The notes under the pieces: model-generated | Seen by the model: the letters and a program-made list of their open reading frames with translations, nothing else | Databases searched by the model: none | Told to the model about the DNA's origin: nothing | Assembly (NCBI GenBank): GCA_965648905.1 | Contig: CBFGIT010000006.1 | Span: forward strand, 1-64,000 | Reading direction: 5' to 3' | From: a candidate division WOR-3 bacterium | Lineage (GTDB): Bacteria; Hydrothermota; Tepidihabitantia; Tepidihabitantales; Tepidihabitantaceae | Length of the DNA stretch: 64,000 bases | In this document: positions 58,133 to 64,000 of the stretch, piece after piece | How the letters are laid out: each line of letters opens with the position of its first letter | Numbering within the stretch: position 1 is the first letter of the stretch | Made by a program: the position numbers and the translations under genes

Positions 58133-58204
58133 GACACGAATCCTGCCTGCCCGGCTGTATTCGTCATCCGTTATTGGTAGTTCGTCATTTCCCAAGGAGG
58201 TAGT

Positions 58205-58585
58205 TTGAACAGCTACGAAATCGCAATGATCGTTGACCCGAACATGCCGGAAAAGGACGTCCAGCAGTTGGCCCGTGAAACCAGAGACCTGCTGGTCAGG
58301 AACGGTGCCGGCGCGGTCGCAGACGAGCGCATCGAACGCCGCGCGCTCGGCTATCCTATCAAGCGGCACGCCGAGGCCAACTATATCTTCATCGCCTTCA
58401 CCGGGCCAACCACGATTCCGGACAAGGTTCGACTCGAGATGAAGCACCGCGAGGGTCTTCTGCGCATGGCGTTCATCGCCAAGCCGTTGAGCACGGAACC
58501 CAGTGCCGAACCGTCTGCCGTTCCGGAGAACACGCCGAGCGAGCCGGTACCGGCTGAGCCGGCGCCGGAGGTGACGGGTGGCTGA
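58205..58585 (+). CDS. rpsF: 30S ribosomal protein S6
   Basis: YEIAMIVDP, LGYPIK, LLR; AAGGAGG SD. Confidence 0.9.
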   Translation: MNSYEIAMIVDPNMPEKDVQQLARETRDLLVRNGAGAVADERIERRALGYPIKRHAEANYIFIAFTGPTTIPDKVRLEMKHREGLLRMAFIAKPLSTEPSAEPSAVPENTPSEPVPAEPAPEVTGG

Positions 58586-59048
58586 CGCTGAGCGCGGCCC
58601 CCGCGGCCCGAGCGCACCCCTGCGCCTGGGCAGCCTGAACGTTGTCATCCTGCTCGGCCGCGTCACGATGGACCCGGATCTGCGCTATACGCCTAAGGGC
58701 TCGGCCGTGCTCAGCTTCAGAGTCGCGGTTGACCGGGTCTGGAAGGACAAGGCGACCGACGAATGGAAGCGCGAGGCGTCGTTCTTCAACGTTAACATCT
58801 GGGGTCAGGCAGCCGAGCGCTTGAGCGAGACCATGCGCAAGGGTTCGGCCGTGCTGGTCGAGGGTCAACTTCGGAGCCGAACCTACGATACCCAGTCGGG
58901 CGAGAAGCGCACCGTTGTCGAAATCTGGTCCACCCGCACCCAGGTGCTTGACAAGACCGGCCCATCGGCGGAGACGGGCACGCCTGCCGGCCCGGTTGAG
59001 GAAGAACCAGACATACCCAAAGAACAGCTCGACGACATCCCGTTCTAG
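58578..59048 (+). CDS. ssb: Single-stranded DNA-binding protein
   Basis: NVVILLGR, LRYTP.G, VEGQL..R, C-terminal DDIPF. Confidence 0.97.
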   Translation: MADAERGPRGPSAPLRLGSLNVVILLGRVTMDPDLRYTPKGSAVLSFRVAVDRVWKDKATDEWKREASFFNVNIWGQAAERLSETMRKGSAVLVEGQLRSRTYDTQSGEKRTVVEIWSTRTQVLDKTGPSAETGTPAGPVEEEPDIPKEQLDDIPF

Positions 59049-59069
59049 CCCGGCAGCTTTCAGGAAACA

Positions 59070-59101
59070 GGTCGGGCGGGAGTATTGACTCCCGCCCGAC
59101 C
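59070..59101. terminator. Hairpin between convergent ssb and gdhA
   Basis: GGTCGGGCGGGAGT-attg-ACTCCCGCCCGACC, 14-bp stem. Confidence 0.8.
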
Positions 59102-59118
59102 GGTCTTGCAGAGCTTCG

Positions 59119-60477
59119 CTACACGACGCCGTGGTCAATCATCGCGTCGGCGACCTTGACGAAGCCGGCGATGTTCGCACCGTTGACGTAGTTGACGAAC
59201 TTGCCCTCAGTGCCGTACTGGACACACTGGGCGTGGATCGCCTTCATGATACCCTGGAGCCGCTGGTCGACCTCTTCGCGGGTCCAGGAAAGCCGCAGAC
59301 TGTTCTGCGACATCTCCAGACCTGAGGTAGCGACGCCGCCGGCGTTGGCGGCTTTGGCCGGCCCGTAGAGAATCTTGGCGTCCAGATAGGCTGCCATCGC
59401 CTCAGGCGTTGAAGGCATGTTGGCACCTTCAGACACGACGAACACGCCGTTCTTCAGCAGGTTGGCGGCGTCTTTGCCGTTCACTTCGTTCTGGGTGGCA
59501 CTCGGGAAGGCACAATCGGCCTTGTAGTTCCAGAGCGGGTTGTAACCGAGTTTCGGGTCAGCCGGTGTGTAGACCACGCCCTTGTACTTTCGCGCGTACT
59601 CCTCGATGCGGCCGCGCCGGACGTTCTTCAGCTCCATGACGAACGCCAGTTTGTCCTGGTCGATGCCCGCTTCATCATAGATGCAGCCGTTGGAGTCGGA
59701 CAGCGTTACGGCCTTGCCGCCGAGCTGGTTGATTTTCTCAACCGTGTACTGGGCGACGTTGCCCGAGCCCGACACCAGGCAGACCTTGCCCTTCATCGAG
59801 TCACCGCGCGTCGCGAGCATCTCCTGGGCGAAATACACTGCGCCGTATCCGGTCGCTTCGGGTCGGATTAGCGAACCGCCCCAGTTTCGGCCCTTGCCGG
59901 TCAAGACGCCGGTGAACTCGTTGCGCAGCTTCTTGTACATTCCGAACAGGAACCCGATTTCCCGTCCGCCGACGCCGATGTCACCGGCGGGCACGTCGGT
60001 ATCTGGGCCGATGTGACGGAACAGCTCGCACATGAAACTCTGGCAGAACTTCATCACTTCGTTGTCCGACTTGCCCTTGGGGTCGAAGTCCGAACCGCCC
60101 TTGCCGCCGCCCATCGGCAGCGTGGTCAGGGAGTTCTTGAATACCTGCTCGAATGCCAGGAACTTGAGGATGCCCAGGTTGACGGACGGGTGGAACCGCA
60201 GGCCTCCTTTGTAGGGACCGATGGCGGAGTTCATCTCGATTCTGAACCCGCGGTTGACCTGAACTTCGCCCTTGTCGTCGAGCCATGGCACGCGGAACAT
60301 GATTACCCGCTCCGGCTCGGCGATGCGTTCGAGCACCTTGTGCTTCCGATACTTCGGGTTCTTCTCGATGTACGGCACTAGAGACTCAGCCACTTCGCGA
60401 ACCGCCTGGTGGAATTCCTTCTCACCGGGATTCTTCGCGATAATGCCTTCCATGAAGGCATTTACTGCATCAGACAT
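59119..60477 (-). CDS. gdhA: NADP-type glutamate dehydrogenase
   Basis: GPYKGGLRFHPSVN, GGGKGG, DVPAGD, SGSGNVA, LSDS; AGGAGG SD before ATG 60477. Confidence 0.96.
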   Translation of the reverse strand: MSDAVNAFMEGIIAKNPGEKEFHQAVREVAESLVPYIEKNPKYRKHKVLERIAEPERVIMFRVPWLDDKGEVQVNRGFRIEMNSAIGPYKGGLRFHPSVNLGILKFLAFEQVFKNSLTTLPMGGGKGGSDFDPKGKSDNEVMKFCQSFMCELFRHIGPDTDVPAGDIGVGGREIGFLFGMYKKLRNEFTGVLTGKGRNWGGSLIRPEATGYGAVYFAQEMLATRGDSMKGKVCLVSGSGNVAQYTVEKINQLGGKAVTLSDSNGCIYDEAGIDQDKLAFVMELKNVRRGRIEEYARKYKGVVYTPADPKLGYNPLWNYKADCAFPSATQNEVNGKDAANLLKNGVFVVSEGANMPSTPEAMAAYLDAKILYGPAKAANAGGVATSGLEMSQNSLRLSWTREEVDQRLQGIMKAIHAQCVQYGTEGKFVNYVNGANIAGFVKVADAMIDHGVV

Positions 60478-60563
60478 TCTGTCCTCCTGATTAGGTCTGT
60501 CCAGACGGTAAGAATAGAACTGAAAAAGGGTGCTGTCCTGTCGGCGTTGGAACGCCGACGGCA

Positions 60564-60591
60564 ATTATAGCCCGGAGAGGGGCAAGGTCAA
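60564..60591 (-). promoter_or_regulatory. sigma70-type promoter of gdhA
   Basis: TTGACC-N16-TATAAT. Confidence 0.8.
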
Positions 60592-60694
60592 CAATGCGCG
60601 TTGCCTGTGAGCAGCCGGCTCGAACTCACCCCGGTGCCTTGTCCCGTAGACTCGGTCGAGGCAGAGACTCAACGCGACTACCTCCAACCCCTGG

Positions 60695-60733
60695 AAAAGA
60701 GGTCCGCGCCCCGCGGGGGGGGCGGGCGCGGAC
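60695..60733 (-). terminator. Intrinsic terminator of the upstream GDH operon
   Basis: GTCCGCGCCC...GGGCGCGGAC 10-bp stem followed by CTCTTTT. Confidence 0.8.
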
Positions 60734-60765
60734 TGCGGGAGGACAGACCCGCTCAGGACAGACCA

Positions 60766-62082
60766 TCACGGAAATATGCCGCGTTCCTTGTAGACTTTCT
60801 CGAGTCTTGTCAGAGCAACCACGTACGCTGCGGTGCGCCAGTCGACGTCGTACTGCCGGGCTGCTTCACGCACGCGTCCGTAGGCCGCGACGATACGCTT
60901 GTAGAGTTTGCAGTCCACCTCTTGGAGCTCCCAGGATTCGCTGCGCTTGTTCTGCAGCCACTCGAAGTAGCTGACGATGACGCCGCCCGAGTTGCAGAGG
61001 ATGTCGGGCAGCAGGTCGATGCCCCTCTCCTTGAGAATCCGGTCACCGTCCGGGTCGGTCGGCCCGTTGGCACCCTCGGCGACAAGCCGGACGTTGAGCA
61101 GCGGCGCGGTTGAGGCGGTTAGCTGGTTCTCAAGCGCCGCCGGGATCATGATGTCGGCCTTGGTCCTCAGGAAGGCAAGGTGCGTCGAAGCCCGGGCCTT
61201 CTGGTAGCCGGCAACACCGCCCCGGGCCTTGACGTGGCGAGCCAGGTCGTCAGGGTCAATCCCGGCACTGTTCTCAATTACGCCGGTGACATCCTCGACG
61301 GCAACGAGCCGAGCGCCAAAGGGCTTGAGCAACCGGGCGGCCCAGGAGCCGACGTTGCCGAAACCCTGGACGGTGTAGGTGGCCGCTTTGAGGTCAAAGT
61401 TGTGGTCCTTGGCCCATTCGCGAATCATAAAGACCACACCCTGGCCGGTCGCCTTTTCGCGGCCGAGGCTCCCGCCGGCCTCAATCGGCTTGCCGGTGAC
61501 GACGTGCAGCATCCGCTGCCGTTCGTGGGCCGGCATCATTGACTGGTAGGTATCCAGAATCCAGGCCATGATCTGGGCGTTGGTGTTGACATCCGGGGCC
61601 GGAATGTCGTACTCGGGCCCGATGGTGTTGCCGAGGGCAAACGTGAAGCGGCGCGTTATCCGCTCGAGCTCGGTGAGCGAGTACTTGGAAGGGTCGATCT
61701 GAATACCACCCTTGCCACCGCCAAACGGGATGTCAGCGATGGCCGACTTCCACGTCATCCAGGTGGCCAGCGCGCGCACTTCGTCGATGTCCACGGCCGG
61801 ATGGAATCTCAGTCCGCCCTTGAAGGGCCCGAGCGCGTTGTTGTGCTGCACCCGATAGCCGGTGAAGACCTCGATCCGACCGTCGTCCATCTTCACCGGG
61901 AAGTGGACGACTACCTCGTTCATCGTTGTGGCCAGGATTCGACGGATGCTCGGGTCGAGCTTCATCAGGTCTGCGGCCCGGTTGAACTGAGTCGTCACGT
62001 CGTCATAGACGCTGCGTTTTCGAACCTCACCACCCGAGACCCGGGACCGGCGGCTGCGGGTTACTGCTGTTGTCACACTCAT
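60766..62082 (-). CDS. Glu/Leu/Phe/Val dehydrogenase, probable NAD-type glutamate dehydrogenase
   Basis: GPFKGGLRF, GGGKGG, PAPDV, QGFGNVG, acidic VAVED, SYFEW; start ATG 62082. Confidence 0.93.
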   Translation of the reverse strand: MSVTTAVTRSRRSRVSGGEVRKRSVYDDVTTQFNRAADLMKLDPSIRRILATTMNEVVVHFPVKMDDGRIEVFTGYRVQHNNALGPFKGGLRFHPAVDIDEVRALATWMTWKSAIADIPFGGGKGGIQIDPSKYSLTELERITRRFTFALGNTIGPEYDIPAPDVNTNAQIMAWILDTYQSMMPAHERQRMLHVVTGKPIEAGGSLGREKATGQGVVFMIREWAKDHNFDLKAATYTVQGFGNVGSWAARLLKPFGARLVAVEDVTGVIENSAGIDPDDLARHVKARGGVAGYQKARASTHLAFLRTKADIMIPAALENQLTASTAPLLNVRLVAEGANGPTDPDGDRILKERGIDLLPDILCNSGGVIVSYFEWLQNKRSESWELQEVDCKLYKRIVAAYGRVREAARQYDVDWRTAAYVVALTRLEKVYKERGIFP

Positions 62083-62164
62083 CTCTTCTCCGTTCTTCTG
62101 TTCGGTCGCGGTGCGGTCGCAAGAGCCGGGCAGGGTTGCTGACCCGGCGGTCGCTGCACCCTGC

Positions 62165-62515
62165 CTACCGGTACTCCTCGCAGTGCCAGACGCCGGTATC
62201 AGAATTGCGGATGGCACAGTCGTCACGGTTCTCGCAGTTGACGCACAGACCCTTGTACTTGTCCCACTCCTCGAGGTCCTGCAGAGTTGGCGACTGAACC
62301 TCGACCAGTTGCTCTTCGGCAACCGGCGGTACGTAGCAGTCGAACTCCTCGCAGAACAACACCGGCTGTTCGGTGTTTCTGATGTACCCGCAGTTCTTGG
62401 CATGGTTACAGGTCGAACACAACCCGCTGGGGAGCTTGACCTCAGGAGCAGGCCGGTGGGGCTTGGGCAGACTGGGCTTGACTGCTGCTCGACGTCTCGT
62501 TGTGACTACTGACAT
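62165..62515 (-). CDS. Small protein with two GLC-x2-C-x5-C...CEE motifs (putative metal binding)
   Basis: GGAGG SD; GLCSTCNHAKNC...FCEEF and GLCVNCENRDDC...HCEEY. Confidence 0.85.
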   Translation of the reverse strand: MSVVTTRRRAAVKPSLPKPHRPAPEVKLPSGLCSTCNHAKNCGYIRNTEQPVLFCEEFDCYVPPVAEEQLVEVQSPTLQDLEEWDKYKGLCVNCENRDDCAIRNSDTGVWHCEEYR

Positions 62516-62605
62516 GGCGAACCTCCATTTCTTTCTCGCTCAGCCACAAGCAATAGGCCGTTGGGCTGAGTCATTACTAGTCTAGTGAACATCTGCCCAC
62601 CAGAG

Positions 62606-62621
62606 TGCAAGCACCATGCCA
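62606..62621 (-). promoter_or_regulatory. sigma54 promoter
   Basis: TGGCAT-GGTGC-TTGCA on the minus strand, about 90 nt upstream of ATG 62515. Confidence 0.85.
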
Positions 62622-62727
62622 AGACGTGAAGGCGGCGTGAGAGCCGAAGCTAGTGCATAACTGACACTTTTCCAGTATGATACAAGACTGACTCTGCTTC
62701 GATGCGACTCGGCGGCAGTCAGGTAAG

Positions 62728-62761
62728 CGGGGAATTATTCCCCGGCGGGGCAATTATCCTC
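62728..62761. promoter_or_regulatory. Tandem dyad sites, putative enhancer (UAS)
   Basis: CGGGGAATTATTCCCCG and degenerate copy GGGGCAATTATCCTC, 18 bp centre to centre, 107-140 bp upstream of the -24 box. Confidence 0.7.
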
Positions 62762-62771
62762 AGAGATGCTT

Positions 62772-64000
<1,229 letters not shown>

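Noticed and set aside
60565..60672. 35-codon minus-strand ORF (TTG start after GGAGGT) between the two GDH genes
   Set aside because: Lies downstream of a terminator, has no evident promoter, overlaps the gdhA promoter and has no recognisable motif
62083..62403. 107-aa N-terminal extension of the GDH ORF in the track
   Set aside because: Overlaps the better-supported Cys-rich gene; an SD-like GGAG precedes ATG 62082

Overview
GC-rich window from a diderm (lptFG, lnt, secretin), probably anaerobic bacterium; the Kelch/Ig-repeat surface proteins with short C-terminal sorting-like tails resemble those of candidate phylum WOR-3 (inference, not tested). Left to right: a sigma54-driven Tad/Flp pilus locus (0.6-13 kb), envelope and purine genes, several secreted modular proteins, three tandem parvulin PPIases, rsmA-tatD-metG, a soluble EtfA/Fe-S/fumarate-reductase-like/acyl-CoA-dehydrogenase-like redox cluster, the ispE-tRNA-Gln-prs-rplY-pth-ychF-rpsF-ssb operon, and two tandem glutamate dehydrogenases next to an NtrC-type activator. 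Best leads: (1) the 3' UTR of the sigma54-controlled NAD-type GDH carries a looped CU-rich sequence perfectly complementary to the ribosome-binding site of the downstream NADP-type gdhA, suggesting an RNA switch between the two enzymes, with an uncharacterised twin-Cys4 protein in the same operon; (2) many apparently leaderless genes with TTGACN-N16-TANNNT promoters; (3) 7-nt tandem arrays at gene junctions and in-frame inside genes; (4) tadB and tadC seem to begin at CTG and ATC; (5) several enzymes with altered catalytic residues. All calls were made by eye; no searches or folding were run.
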